NCBI GenBank assembly: GCA_036785375.1
Contig: JAWMAR010000283.1
Span: forward strand, 620,001 to 684,000
DNA length: 64,000 bases
Origin: Leucoraja ocellata
Lineage: Eukaryota
Direction: 5' to 3'
Below the pieces are notes generated by a model. It ran no database searches and was not told where the DNA came from. It saw only the letters and a program-made list of their open reading frames with translations. The translations under genes and the position numbers were made by a program. Below are positions 24,881 through 37,097 of the stretch, one piece after another. The number at the start of each line of letters is the position of its first letter. Position 1 is the stretch's first letter.

Positions 24881-26169
24881 TATGTCCACCAGTGTTCTTT
24901 ATCAAGTATTTTTCATGATTTGGCATGGAACATCTAACAGTTTCCGAGAATTTTTTAATCTCAATACCACAATGAATCATGAATTATAGCCCCTGAGCTG
25001 AGTCTCGAAGTACGGTCCTTTCCTTTCAGTGTCATCTTGATAATTGACCACAAATTCTCAATCGGGTTCAGGCCAGGTGAGTTACCAGGACAGGTCATTA
25101 CCTTTGATATGTGGCATGGTGCAAGGTCTTTGCTAGAATATCCAAGATCCATCTGGAAAAATCTTCACCATCTCTTCTCTGCAATACGTTGATATATTGC
25201 AGAGATCCCATCATACCATTAACTGGGTGAAGTGAACCAATGCTGTAATAGCTGCAACAACCCCACAACATCACCTTTTCAGGATGTTTTACAAACTAGT
25301 CAATGTGGCATTTACTCAACGGTTCTCTGTCTTATCTCAAATCATGTTGGCTACATTGGCCCTGAACCAGGAAAAGGCTTTTGTCACTAAATAACACCTT
25401 TCTCCAGTCATCGTGTGTCAAATCTTTACATTTTAATGCCCACTTCGCAGTTGCTTCTTCACAGGTCTTCTGGCTATAGGACCGACTTCAATGAGGTGTC
25501 AGCACATGATACTTGAGCTTATTGGACTCCTGCTGCCTTCAAATCTTTTCTCATTGTATCACTTGTCTTTCTCAGAACCTCCTTACTTTCCCGAATCAGT
25601 AACTTTCATCCCTCTGAGTCGTCTTGCTTTTGCGGCCGCACCTGCTCGTCCTCTTGGTCGACAATGAACCGGCTTCGGACCCTTACTTAACAACCCTGGA
25701 CACACAAGCTTGGCTCATCCTTGCAAACTTTGCCATCTCTCGCTGTGACCGAGCAATGTTGATACAAGGTTATAATCTTTGCTTCCTTGGAGTGATATCT
25801 ATTTTATGAATTTCTCCCGGGTTCTTCTCAAATTATGGTAAAACAGTGGGCGGATGATGGCAATACTGACACAATGTTGGTGTAATGTTGGTAGTTTTGG
25901 TAATTTTTGTCTGAAATTTGAGTAAAGAAAATTACAAAGAAATGGAGAAAGGGTTTGCCCAAGTGGAATGGGCAAATTGATTAGCAGGATAATAGATAAG
26001 CAGTGATAGATATTTTAAGAACATTTGAGAATCATTAAAAAAAATCATAATGATGAAGAAAAGGTAGGCGGGGAGTGGATCAACCAATGTTAAGGAGGGT
26101 ACGAAGCGGAGATCAAAATTAGTGGTAAGTCTGAATATTATGATAAATTCCAGGTGAACTAAAACAAAT

Positions 26170-27895
26170 CAAGGGGAAAATAAACAGACAAACTAGCTGA
26201 GATTTTTTTTAATGACAATAAGAACCTGTTTAAGTGCAAGAAAAAGCAAGATGTCAGTAAACTTGGGTCACAGAGACTAAGGCTGGGGCAATAGTTCTGA
26301 ACACAAGGAAATGGCAGAGAATTTATACAGATATTTTGCACCAGTCTTTAAGGTAGAAAACATTATGGACATGCCATTTATGCAAAGATTTATAGGGGGT
26401 AATTAAATATAACCGTTATTGATAGAGAATTAGTATGAGGGAAATTTAAAGGTTGGGGCTAAAGGTTGAAATGTTCTCTGGATCTGATGGTTTGTATTGT
26501 AGGATTCTAAAAGAACTGGCCTTGGAGATGGTAGAGGTAATCGCTGTGATTTTCCAAAACTCATTACAATCTGGAGAGGAACCAAAGGATTGAAATGCCT
26601 CCAGTTAAATACCCTTACATCAAAAGTGTCTGCAAGCAACTTGGGCTTGTTGGCCGAATGCCTGATATTGCTAATAATTGATTAATAATTAATAAGAAAA
26701 CCAGCTGAGCATTTAACAGTTGTAACCAGATCATGAGGAGACAGCGTTGATTCATGAAGGGAAAATCAGGTCTGACAAATTTGAGTGCCATGAGGGGATA
26801 TTGGCCAGACTTGAAAGATGCATCAGTAGTAAATGTAACATGTTTGGATTTTCAAAAGGAATTTGGCTAGGTTCCCAATCAAAAGGTTACATTGCTACAG
26901 ATGAACTCATGGTGTTTGGGGATAATGTATCAGCAGAAACAGAGGATTAGCTGAAGAGTAGAAAACGTGGATATAGGGGCCATTATCAGGATGAACAGCC
27001 TACTGCCCTTGTGCTGCTTCGGGTTCAGTACTGGGATCACACCACATATCTTGTAATGATTTAAAGGAAGCAAATGTATTATAGCCAAGCATGTGGCCAA
27101 TCAATACCAAAATGAAGAGCTTGCAAACAGTGGACAAAGAGATTTGGCTAGATTACGTGAATGGGAAAATTAGAAGTTGTTCACTTTGGAATGAAGAATA
27201 ATAAAATAGATTATAATTTAAATGGAGAAGACTGCAGAAACCACCAGGATCTAAGGATTTGGGTATCCTTGAATGTGAAACAAAATGCTAGCAGGTAATT
27301 GGGAATGCTTTTATTTCAAAGAGATTGGAGTACAAAAGTAGGACAGACTGACTACAACTACATGAGAGCACAGCTTGAGTGCAATGCAGAGTTTTTGGTC
27401 ATCTTATTCATGTAAAGGTATCACTGTAGACATCTCAGAATGATCCACTCAGATTATCTTGGATATGGAAGGTTTATGTTTGGAGGGAAAGGTGAACAAG
27501 TCGCATCTATAATTATTGAAGTTCAGAAGAATGAGGGGTCAACTTACTATATTAGATTTCTGGGATTAATTTAATAGGATAAACGGTGGGATGACATTTC
27601 TTTCATGGAATTAGGGAGTGCCCATTGCAAACTGAGATGAGGAAGCATTTCTCCTCACACAATGTTGCATGGAACTTGCTTTAGCGGGGTTGTGTCTTTG
27701 AATAAATTCAAAGCTGTGATGAATCGATTCTTAATTGATAAGAGCATCCAGGGCTCTGAGGAAGTGGATGAGAGGGTGGATTTGAAAAAAGTTGAATAGC
27801 TATGAAAAGTTGAGCAGCTATGAACTTATTGAATGGTGGAAGGAGCTAGAGGGGCCAAAAATGGCTTTCCTTTGTTCCTCTGTTTATGTTCTTAT
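26170..27895 (+). mobile_element. Old CR1 LINE (ORF2 remnant and 3' end)
   Basis: AAGGAAATGGCAGAG..TATTTTGCACCAGTCTTTA, GGATTTTCAAAAGG, GGTTCAGTACTGGGA, CACTTTGG, TTCAGAAGAATGAGGGG and a CR1 tail, in the expected order. Confidence 0.8.
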
Positions 27896-28490
27896 GGAGG
27901 GGTTTCAAAATGTGACTTCTCAGCAACTTCATTGCTATAAAATGAATGGCCATTTCAATAATAATCACTGATTTTAACTGGCCTCTCCAGCATGGTTTGG
28001 AGCTTTGGCCTTCATTATGAATCTTTGACTGTGGACTGAGTCTCTACCAGTACCTTGCGATGGATGAAAATCTCCAGCTTTCTCCAATGGGTTTTCCACC
28101 AACACAGAAACGTGGCATTTCAAGTCCAAATGTCAGTTTTTATGTTCTCAAAATTTAACAACTCTTTCAACATACAAACTCATTGGATAAGGTGCAATCC
28201 AAAAAAGAATCAAAGTTGCAAAGCAAGTTTAAAGTCTTTAATGAAATAATGTGCGCATATATTGTCTTTACTACTTGTATCTCCGTTCCCCAATCTCAAA
28301 CCTTTCAGCTGTTTTTTATGGCTTCAGATTAAAGAGAGTTACCAGTTTTTTCACAGCTTTTAGGCAAGGTCTTTTTTGCTTTATGTGGCACGAGATTTCG
28401 TCAGCACGCCATTCGCTTCCAACAAGCTCAGGAATTTCTTATTTTACACTCCTGTATCATGTTATTTTGGACACTCGGAAGATTGCCTTC

Positions 28491-28828
28491 TCTTTAGACT
28501 TGAGATACAGTGTTGAAACAGGCCCTTCAGTGCATCAAGTCCACACCAACTAGCGATCACCCCGTAAGATAACACTAATGTGGATACTGCCTGAACTGCT
28601 GAGTTACTCCAGCAGTTTGTGTCTATCTTTTAGGATATTGTTTGTTTTAAAGAACAGAACCATTCATTTGATATGTGAGCAGAATGGTTTACAAGCTCAC
28701 TCCACATGCTAACTCACGTGAAATAGTTAGTCAGGGTAACCAAACTCACTGCAGACCGTGATCGGGATCAAAGCCGGGACACTGGCATTGTGAGGCAGCA
28801 ACTCTACCACTGCACCACTGTGTCGTCC
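28491..28828 (-). mobile_element. V-SINE (HE1-like) with its middle replaced by a Penelope-derived piece (28580-28630) and other sequence
   Basis: Tail at 28491-28577 (AAACAGGCCCTTC); tRNA head at 28745-28828 (GAGGCAGCAACTCTACCACTGCACCACTGTG). Confidence 0.7.
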
Positions 28829-29322
28829 TAGTTTAGAAGACTTAAGAAAGAATGAGGGATTAATTGAGCAGGGGAATATAGTTAACTTCATCAGGAACAT
28901 AAAACTTGACTATAAAAGCCTCAATAGATATGAGAAGACAAAATCATTGCCGAAGATGAATGTAGTCAGAAAAGGAACATTTATAATGGAGATCAAAGAC
29001 ATGGGACCAATTACCCAAATTCTTTGGGTCAGTCTTCACAAAAAAGATCACAAATTATGTCCGAGAAATGTTAAATCAACCGAGGGTACAGTGAAAGGGA
29101 GGAACTGAGGAAAATGTGTATTAACGGGTGTGGTGCTTGAGAAATTGATGAGATTGAAGACAGATTGATGTACAGGGCCTGATAGTTGGCATCGCAGAGT
29201 ATCTGAACAAGTGAGCCTGGAGAAAGCGGATTTTCCAACATTCTTTATTAGTTCTTATGCGTTGGAAGGGAGCAGGCGCATACCCAGTGCAGGATTATAG
29301 ACTGATTGGTCTAATTTTGGGA

Positions 29323-29460
29323 GATCATAAGGTCAAAAGGAATAGGAGTAGAATTAGGCTATTCGGCCCATCAAGTATACTCCACCATTCAATCATGGCT
29401 GGTCTATCTCTCCCCATTCTCCTGCTTTCTCCCCATAACCTCTAACACCTGTACTAATAG
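29323..29460 (-). mobile_element. Younger CR1 3' end inserted in the older CR1
   Basis: AGGAGTAGAATTAGGCTATTCGGCCCATCAAG..CCATTCAATCATGGCTG..CTTTCTCCCCATAACC. Confidence 0.85.
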
Positions 29461-30491
29461 CAGGTGGCAGATGCCAAATTAAAAGATGTGATAACAGAGC
29501 ACTTGGAAGTCAATGACAGAATCAGTCACAATTACTATTAGTCACAAATTGGAATATTTTGTGGATGTAGTGGAAAATGGATGGGGGAGAGCCAGTAGAT
29601 TAAATATATTTGAACATCAACAAGGTATGATTTAAGAGATTTGTGATGTACAAAATTAAGGTTCATAGGATTAGGTTTAATGAGATTGTGATATGTGCTG
29701 AGAGCAGGTGATAAAAACTTAAAAATAAGGGATTATTTTCCAGTTGGCTAGTGAGGTCCTGCCGGGATCAGTGCCTGGGCTCGCAATTTATTAATAATAT
29801 AACTGTGAGAATTAAATTAATATCTCCCAGTCTGTGGACAACATATAACTTAAGGGTGAGTAATTTGAGTAGTGAGGTAGATGCTGTGAGGCACCAGAGT
29901 GATTTTGGTAGATTGCTTTGATGGCCAAATGCATGGCAGATACCATGTAATGTGGGAAAATGTGGGATTATCCACTAAAGTGGCTAAAAACAGGACAGTA
30001 GATTATTGCCTAAAGGTTGATGGATTGGCAAAGCAGGTCGCACGCAGTGAGCCCTTAGTTTGTTGTGCACAAGCTGATGAAAACAAGCATGCAGGTGGAA
30101 TTGACAATCAAGAAAGCAAGTGGTATGTTGGCCTTACGAGCATAAAGAATTGAGTACAGGAGCAAGGTTGCTTTACTGGAAATGTACAGGACCTTGGTAG
30201 AGCTACACCCTGAGTATTGAGCAAAGTTTTAGTCTCCTTATCTGAGGATAATTGTTGTTGTTATGGAGGGAGTGTGATAAAAGTTCACCCAGACCGATTC
30301 GAGAACTGGCAACACTGACTATTCTCTGACTAAAATAAATGAACAGGCTTGGGTAAATTATCTACAGTTTAGAAGAATGAGAGAGGTCCTCATTGAAACC
30401 TATAAATTCCTAATGGAACTAGGCAGGCTAGATGCAGGAAAGATATTTCCACTGATTTTCAAAATGATGAACTTCATCCTCAGGATACAAG

Positions 30492-30617
30492 CTACCATCA
30501 AGAGGTCCACCCTGTTTCAACTAATGTAATCAACCCGACGTGCACAAAGAAGATCAAATAGAACAAGTTGACCTACAACTTTAGGCTGTCCGTGCCATAC
30601 GCAAGAAGAAGAAGGAA
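30492..30617 (+). mobile_element. Short retroposed insert with (GAA)n tail
   Basis: Ends GCCATACGCAAGAAGAAGAAG; perfect 8-bp TSD GATACAAG at 30484-30491 and 30618-30625. Confidence 0.7.
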
Positions 30618-31254
30618 GATACAAGATAGTCTATTTAAATTGGGATGGGTAATAATTTCTTCACTCTACGAACTTGGTGAACTTGTGAAGTTCTCCACCA
30701 CAGACGGCAGCAAAGGCCAAATCATTGTTTCTTCGTAAAGGAGATGGATATCTTACCAAAGGCTAATGAAATCAAGGAATAAGAGGATAAAGCAGGAAGA
30801 TAATTATGAGTCAGTGCCATTGTGTGTTATTTCAAAGTTGGTCAACTAAATTTCATGATTCAGACATGGCGTCTTGTTAGAGTGCCATCTGGCATGCACA
30901 CAGCAGCATCCTGTGTCAGATGAACATCTGTTCCTGAATCCGGTCAGTGTAATTACTGCAGAAAAGAAAATATTTCCACATACTACATTGAAAGTTAGGC
31001 AGCTATAGTTTGTGAGATTGCTGTCTTTCAACCCCATAGTCTAACATGAGGATGGAAACAAAAATAAAAAAAAGGTCAATGATGTTAACTCAAGTTAATG
31101 ACATACTGTTGAAAATTCTGAATGGACATAATGCTAATTCTGATTTTGCCCTAAATCATATTTCACTTTCATAATTTCTCCACAAATTATTTAATCTTCG
31201 TCTCAAGCTTCCAGGTAGATCAATTTATAGGTTGATATAATGTAGTGTGATTTA

Positions 31255-31332
31255 TAGTATAGGACTAGTGTATATGGGGCATGTTGGTCTGCGTGGGCAA
31301 GTTGGGCTGAAAGGCCTGTTTCCATGCTGTAG
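31255..31332 (+). mobile_element. V-SINE/CR1 shared 3' tail fragment
   Basis: GTTGGGCTGAAAGGCCTGTTTCCATGCTGTA. Confidence 0.65.
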
Positions 31333-31434
31333 GATACTATTACTTATTTTTCCACCCGATTCTTCACTTTCTTTCTCTTCCACTATCACAGTCTTGCGAA
31401 TTACCGACCGGCACCAGCCCATGTCAACAGATGG

Positions 31435-31645
31435 TGGTGAATCTTTAGAACTCTACCATGGAGGGATGTGGCGGCTGGATCTTTGGGGATGCTTAAAGAG
31501 GAAATAGAATCATTTTTGAGTAACCAGGGAATTGAGAGCTCTGGGGGACTGGCATGGAAGAAGAGACAAGGCCTGGGGGAAATAAGCATGTTGATGAATA
31601 GAGTGCAGGCTTGAGGGGCTGAGTAGCCTACTCCTACTATCATTT
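31435..31645 (+). mobile_element. CR1 3' end
   Basis: GAATAGAGTGCAGGCTTGAGGGGCTGAGTAGCCTACTCCT tail. Confidence 0.7.
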
Positions 31646-31716
31646 CCTTCACTTGGGCTGGATTGTGCTGTGTTTACTTTTCTTCAACCCTTTCAGTTAG
31701 AATCGCCGGTGTTATT

Positions 31717-32005
31717 TTAGTTTAGTTTGGAAACAGGCCCTTTGGCCCACCGAGTCTGCACTGACCAGTGATCTCTGTACACTAGCACTATCCTACACAC
31801 CAGGGACAATTTACTATATTTACTGAAGCCAATTAACCTACAAACCCGTAGGTCTTTGGAGTGTGGGGGAAAACCAGAGCACCCAGGGAAAATCCATTCG
31901 GTCACGGGAAGAACATACAAACTCTTTGCAGACAGCATCCGCGGTAAGGATCGATCTCTGGTGCTGTAAGGCAGCAACTCTACCGCTGCGCCACTGTGCC
32001 ACCCC
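31717..32005 (-). mobile_element. Full-length V-SINE (HE1-like)
   Basis: Head GGGGTGGCACAGTGGCGCAGCGGTAGAG, V-domain, tail and (CTAAA)n; TTATT on both flanks (31712-31716, 32006-32010). Confidence 0.92.
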
Positions 32006-32857
32006 TTATTGTTAGAGATTGTTGGCCTATGGATAAGTAGGCAATGGGGATGTGTTACCCTTCTAACAGTCTTGTTTTAGTTTAATAGTTTTAATTTTTA
32101 TAGCAGCTTTTATGTGATTCTAATTAAAAAATATTTCAAACCATATCAATCAGTTTTAATTAGGTAATTCATTTTAATAGTGTTTAAATGTCTCCAAATG
32201 TCTATGCCTTTCGCAAATTAATAAAATCAAACACAGCTGTCCTAAGTTGACCTTCCATAAGCATTTGTAGGTAAGGCCTCTTCGATTTGCTTTGTGGAGG
32301 CCAGTCACTGGTATTTCTTTCCTCCTTGACCCCACAGGTTTTATCCAAACATTCTTAATGTTTTTTGTTTATGATGAAAATCATCAGCATGCAATGCTGC
32401 TTTGATCTCCTCGGAAGCTGCTCAATGTTCTAAATAGGTGCATCATTTTCTATTTTTGTTTCAGTTTTTTATGTTTTATTCCAGCAGTATTGTTCTTTGA
32501 CAAATTACAAGACCACCCCACCCTCTGTTTCTCCAGGAATCTTCTCTTTGGCAGCCATTTAGAAAGCATACGTCACATGAATTAAGACACAAAAGGATGA
32601 TGTGCCCAGGACAAAATAGAAACATATTGAATCAGCAACATGGATGGCTGGGATAAGATTTTGTCTTTATCATTCAATTGGCAACCAAACAAAAAGAATA
32701 ATTTTAAATAAATCAGTTTGGACTTGGTCTAGAATAGCATTGAGGTTGTTTCAATTGCTTATGACAACCAAATTGATTTTGAACTGTTTTGTCTTTCTGT
32801 CTTTAGCATAATTCTCCTTGCGGACATTATAAACAAATTAATAATTTAACATGACAT

Positions 32858-33520
32858 GCATAAATGCCGTAAATGTAGACGGGTTGGTTGGTAAGTTTGT
32901 AGATGACACCAAGATTGCTGGGGTCGTGTACTGTGAGGAAGGCTGTCAAAGTGTACAGCAGGACATAGATCAGCAACAGAAATGGGTGGACAAATGGCAG
33001 ATGGTCTAATCTGAGCAAGTGTGAGGTGTGGCACTTTGGGAGGTCAAATGTAAGGGGAAAATATACAATTAATGGCATGACCCTTCACAGCATTGATACA
33101 CAGAGGGATTTTGGGGTCCAAGCCCATGACACCCTGAAAGTGGTAACCCAAGTAGATATGCTGGTTTTACAGGGCTTTGGTTGGGCAGCATCTAGAGTAT
33201 TGTGGTTGCCCCATTACAGGAAGGATGTGGAGGCTTTGGAAAGAGTGCTGAGGTGGTTTACCAGAATGATGCCTGGATTAGGGGTGGTAGCGACAGGGAG
33301 AGGTTGGAACAGATTTGGATTGTTTTCTCTGGAGGTTTTTTACATAGAGGGTGATGAGCGCCTGCAACACACTGTTGGGGATTGTGGTTGAGGCGGATAC
33401 GATAGTGGCATTTAAATGATTTTCAGGTAGGCAAATGGAGATGCAAGGAATAAAGGGACATGGATTATGTACAGGGAGATAAGAGTTGGGTTTGACATCA
33501 TGTTCGGGCCAGACATTGAG
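32858..33520 (+). mobile_element. CR1 LINE RT and 3' fragment with internal deletions
   Basis: KFVDDTKIAG, KCEVWHFGRSN, WLPHYRKDVEALERV..FTRMMPG. Confidence 0.9.
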
Positions 33521-33750
33521 AAAGATATTTCTATTCATTCATTGCTAGATGTAGGGAAAGTATTATTCTTATACAGAGATAGTGAAGGGGATGAGGGAGA
33601 TAGTGGGCAATTAGATCTGGGCATCAATCTCATACATGTGGACCCCAGGTCAGTGAATCTCAGGAATTCTCTGTGGCTCTTTGTGTTCCCCATAAAATTG
33701 AATGCAGTCAGTCCAGCAGAATCTTTCAATACTACAACATCATACCATAT

Positions 33751-34070
33751 GTCAGCACAGTGGCACAGTTGGTAGAGCTGCTGCCTCATAGTGCCAGAGA
33801 TCTGGGTTTAATACTAACCTCAGTTGCTGTCTGTGTGGAGTTTGCACATTCTAGCTGTGACCATGTGGGTTTCCTACAGGTGCTCTTGTTTCCCCACACA
33901 TCCCATAGATGTGCAGGTTTGAAGGTTAATTGGCCACTTTAAATTGCCCAGAGTGGGTAGAGAGTGGATGCAAAGGTGGGATAACATAGAACTAGTGTTA
34001 ATGGGTGATCGATTGTCAACATGCACTTGGTGGGCTGAAGGGTCTGTTCCCATGCAATATCTTTTAATCA
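33751..34070 (+). mobile_element. V-SINE (HE1-like), older subfamily
   Basis: tRNA head, V-domain TGTGTGGAGTTTGCACATTCT, tail GGTGGGCTGAAGGGTCTGTT. Confidence 0.88.
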
Positions 34071-34132
34071 ATTAATACATCAATTGTAAACAACGGAAGA
34101 AAGAATGACATGCTGACCCCCAATTATTTATT

Positions 34133-34400
34133 GGGCGGCACAGTGGTACAGCGTCAGAGACCCAGGTTCGATCCTGACTACGGGTGCTGTCTGTATGGAG
34201 TTTGTGTGTTCTCCCTGTGACCACGTGGGTTTTCTCTGGGTGCGTCGGTTTTCTCCCACACTCCAAAGATTTACAGGTTTCTTGGTTAATTGTCTTTGGT
34301 AGGTTGTAAACTTGTCCCTAGTGCTAGTGTATTGTCGCTGGTCAGTACAGACTCGGTGGGCCGAAGGGCCTGTTTCTGCACTGCATGTCTAAAGTCTAAA
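34133..34400 (+). mobile_element. V-SINE (HE1-like)
   Basis: GGGCGGCACAGTGG..GGTTCGATCC..V-domain..GGGCCGAAGGGCCTGTTTCTG..TCTAAAGTCTAAA. Confidence 0.9.
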
Positions 34401-34502
34401 AGTTTAAAGAAGGCTGGTTCTTAGATAGTCGGAACATGATTATTTTTTTTTCTCATTCAATTTCTGTACGTAGATTTCAAGGCAGTTTATTGCATTGTGA
34501 AA

Positions 34503-34725
34503 ATAGACACAAAAAGCTGGGGTAACTCAGTGGGCCAAGCAGCATCTCTGGAGAGGAATGAGGGAGGTTTCGGTTGGAGACCCTTCTTCAGACTGGTCTC
34601 CACCAGTTCAGACTCGCACCTGTCTGAAGAAGGGCCTCGACCCAAAACATCACCCAGACTAGTCTGAAAAAGGGTCTCGACCCGAAACGTCACCAATTCC
34701 TTCTCTGCAGAAATGCTGCCTGTCC
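34503..34725. mobile_element. Penelope-derived compound insert: one inverted plus two tandem hammerhead motifs
   Basis: Minus copy 34503-34594; plus-strand motifs 34622-34654 and 34662-34694. Confidence 0.85.
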
Positions 34726-34970
34726 AGGACCCATATGCTAATCCAGTAGCTTCTCAGCCAGTCTGGTGGGGACTATCGTGTTGAAGGCTGAACTGAAGTC
34801 TATGAACAGCATCCTCACGTAGCCCCCCCTTCTGGCTGTCAAGATGAGAGAGAGAGCGGTGTGCAGAACCTGGGAGACCGCATCATCCATGGATCTGTTC
34901 GGACGGTATGCGAATTGTAACGGGTCCATGTTGCGAGGGAGGAAGGCGCAGATGTGTTTCTTCACCAGCC
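34726..34970 (-). mobile_element. Rex1/Babar LINE RT fragment
   Basis: [49 protein letters not shown]. Confidence 0.92.
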
Positions 34971-35367
34971 TCTTAGTTCCTTCTTACATATTGCATTGTG
35001 AAGGTGGATTTCTGATTGTTTTGCTGCCAATAGATTCAATACAACTACGTTGCTTCTCCATCACTGCAGGGGGCAGTTTAGAGTCCAACATTTTGGTCAG
35101 GAGCTCACCCAGACCAGGTGGATACAAAATATCCTTCTCTAAAGTACATAACTGGATCAGCTGATTTTTATAATGAACTGGCAACTTATTTTTGCTGAAG
35201 CCAACTTTCTATTTTTATGAGTTTATTTTTAGACGTACTGATGCAGATGCCACCCTTGACTTCACAAAATTGAGGCAGAGGCTACAGAAATAAAGTGTAT
35301 GCTTTGAACCAGTAAAAGGAACACTGATTCAATTCTTCCAGCAACTGCAGTTCTTTCTTAAACAACT

Positions 35368-35990
35368 GATTCAATTCTGGTCACCACACTTTAGGAAGGA
35401 TGTAAGAGCCCAAGAGAGAGTACAGGGAAGATCTGCTAAAGATCTCGTTCCAGGGATGTGGGAGCTTCAACTCTGATGTTAACCTGGTAAAACTAGGCTT
35501 GTTCTCCATTGAAGAAGAGGGTACAAGGAGATTTGATAGAGAATAAGAATATTACTGGGATAGAGATGGTAAAAAGAGTGAAATGCATTCCCTGCAGTGA
35601 ATGCTGCAAGAACCAGAGATACAAAACTAAAGTGTAGAGCAAAAAAAAAACCCAACATGGAGGTGAAGAGCAAGCTTCTAATTCTGAGTATTTAAGAAGG
35701 AACTGCAGATGCTGGAAAATCGAAGGTACACAAAAAAGCTGGAGAAACTCAGCGGGTGCAGCGGCATCTATGGAGCGAAGGAAATAGGCAACTTTTAGGG
35801 CCGAAACCCTTCTTCAGACTAATTCTGAATAGTTCTGATATAGAACTTATTGCCTGGAATCTTGCTTCTCCAACGGGAATGAGTAAGCACTAGGAGGAAA
35901 ATTAGTTCCAGGGCCATGGGGAATGAGATGGGGATTGGATTCCTTTACAAAGAGCCACCATGAGCCAGATGGGCCAAATGTCCTTAACTA
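35368..35990 (+). mobile_element. CR1 3' fragment with nested Penelope insert
   Basis: CAATTCTGGTCACCACACTTTAGGAAGGATGT (QFWSPHFRKDV), GGCTTGTTCTCC, GATGGGCCAAATG tail. Confidence 0.78.
35694..35820 (-). mobile_element. Penelope-derived short insert with hammerhead motif
   Basis: Minus strand AGTCTGAAGAAGGGTTTCGGCCCTAAAAGTTGCC; TSD CTAATTCTGA(G/A)TA at 35678-35690 and 35819-35831. Confidence 0.85.
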
Positions 35991-37097
35991 TTGCAATGTG
36001 TTGACAATTTAATTCCTAGTTCACAATTGTCTAAAAGATAAATAGAATACTGCAGCCCTTCAATAAGCTGGCAATATTCTTTTTATATTTATTCATGAAT
36101 GCTTTTCTGATTCTAATTAAGATTTTAAAGCCAGCTGGAGAATAGATGAAGGATTTATAAAGACAATTAAGTATCATTTTGATTCAAGATTAATGTAATA
36201 GCTACAATGTAAACAGTCAATAAAAAAAAAACAAGGTACTAAATGAAACAATTTAACTACAATTAACTCATTCTTCCCTTCCAAACGCAATATATCAGGC
36301 AGTTTCTGAGGAATAGTTCCTGAACGGCTGGTTTATTTTGTGTTCCACTCTGCACAACCTAACTTTTAAGCAACGTGGAATTATGAATTAAAACATTTAA
36401 TGGAACTGAAATTTAGTAGAGTGGAAATGTAACTGAAATTACCCACATTTATTCAAGATACCCAAGGGAATTTTTAAAATTTTCCACTCGGTCAGATATT
36501 TACTGATCTCTCCACAGATGATAGAGATTCTTGGCTGAGTTTTAGATATGCATTAAGGTTTCGTAATCCTGCTTCAGGCAGTAGCAGTAAAGTTAAACAA
36601 TCACTGATTGACTTTTATTACCTCTGATTTTTCAGCCTGATAATATCAGGCACGCAGCTTGATGGACAGGTTTTTGTCGCATGTCCAAGTTATAGCCTTT
36701 GTAGATGGCAAACATGGCAAGCAACTGAAGTGATTCTGTTGGGCGTTTGCTTGTGTGTTTTCATAATATTTGTTGTCTTTGTAATGGTAACCAGCTAACT
36801 TTAAAGATCCTGACTGGAAAAAAAGATGTCTGTTTGCATGACTGTTTAAATTTATTTCGGACATCTTTTTGAGCAGCTGACGTAATTATTTTAAAGTGCA
36901 AAATTACAAATAAAACATTCAACACAATGCCAATCATCCAGTGTCATTCACAGGATTTATTTAAGTGTGTCCTTTGTAACTTTTCTATAGTTTTGCTGTT
37001 GTTACTGTTAATGCAGCCTGCTGGGTGAAGACAGAAATGATTATAGATGGGCTGATTTAAGCAGATTGTAATTCCGCAAAAGACAGCTGATAAGATA

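Larger units (their letters stand above)
24735..25830 (-). pseudogene. Decayed Tc1-family transposase
   Basis: Minus-strand pieces: SQREMAKFARMSQACVSRVVK (HTH), RCGRKSKTT (GRPR-like), DWRKVLFSD, VMLWG, DLAPCH, PGNSPGLNPIENLWSIIK, IKNTGGH; frameshifts and stops; TIRs not seen. Confidence 0.9.
28840..30800 (+). mobile_element. Old CR1 LINE ORF2 remnant with nested inserts
   Basis: CAGTCTTCACA, GGGCCTGAT, GGGATCAGTGCCTGGG, TGGCAGAT, GAGTACAGGAGCAAGG, TTTAGAAGAATGAGAG in CR1 order. Confidence 0.78.
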
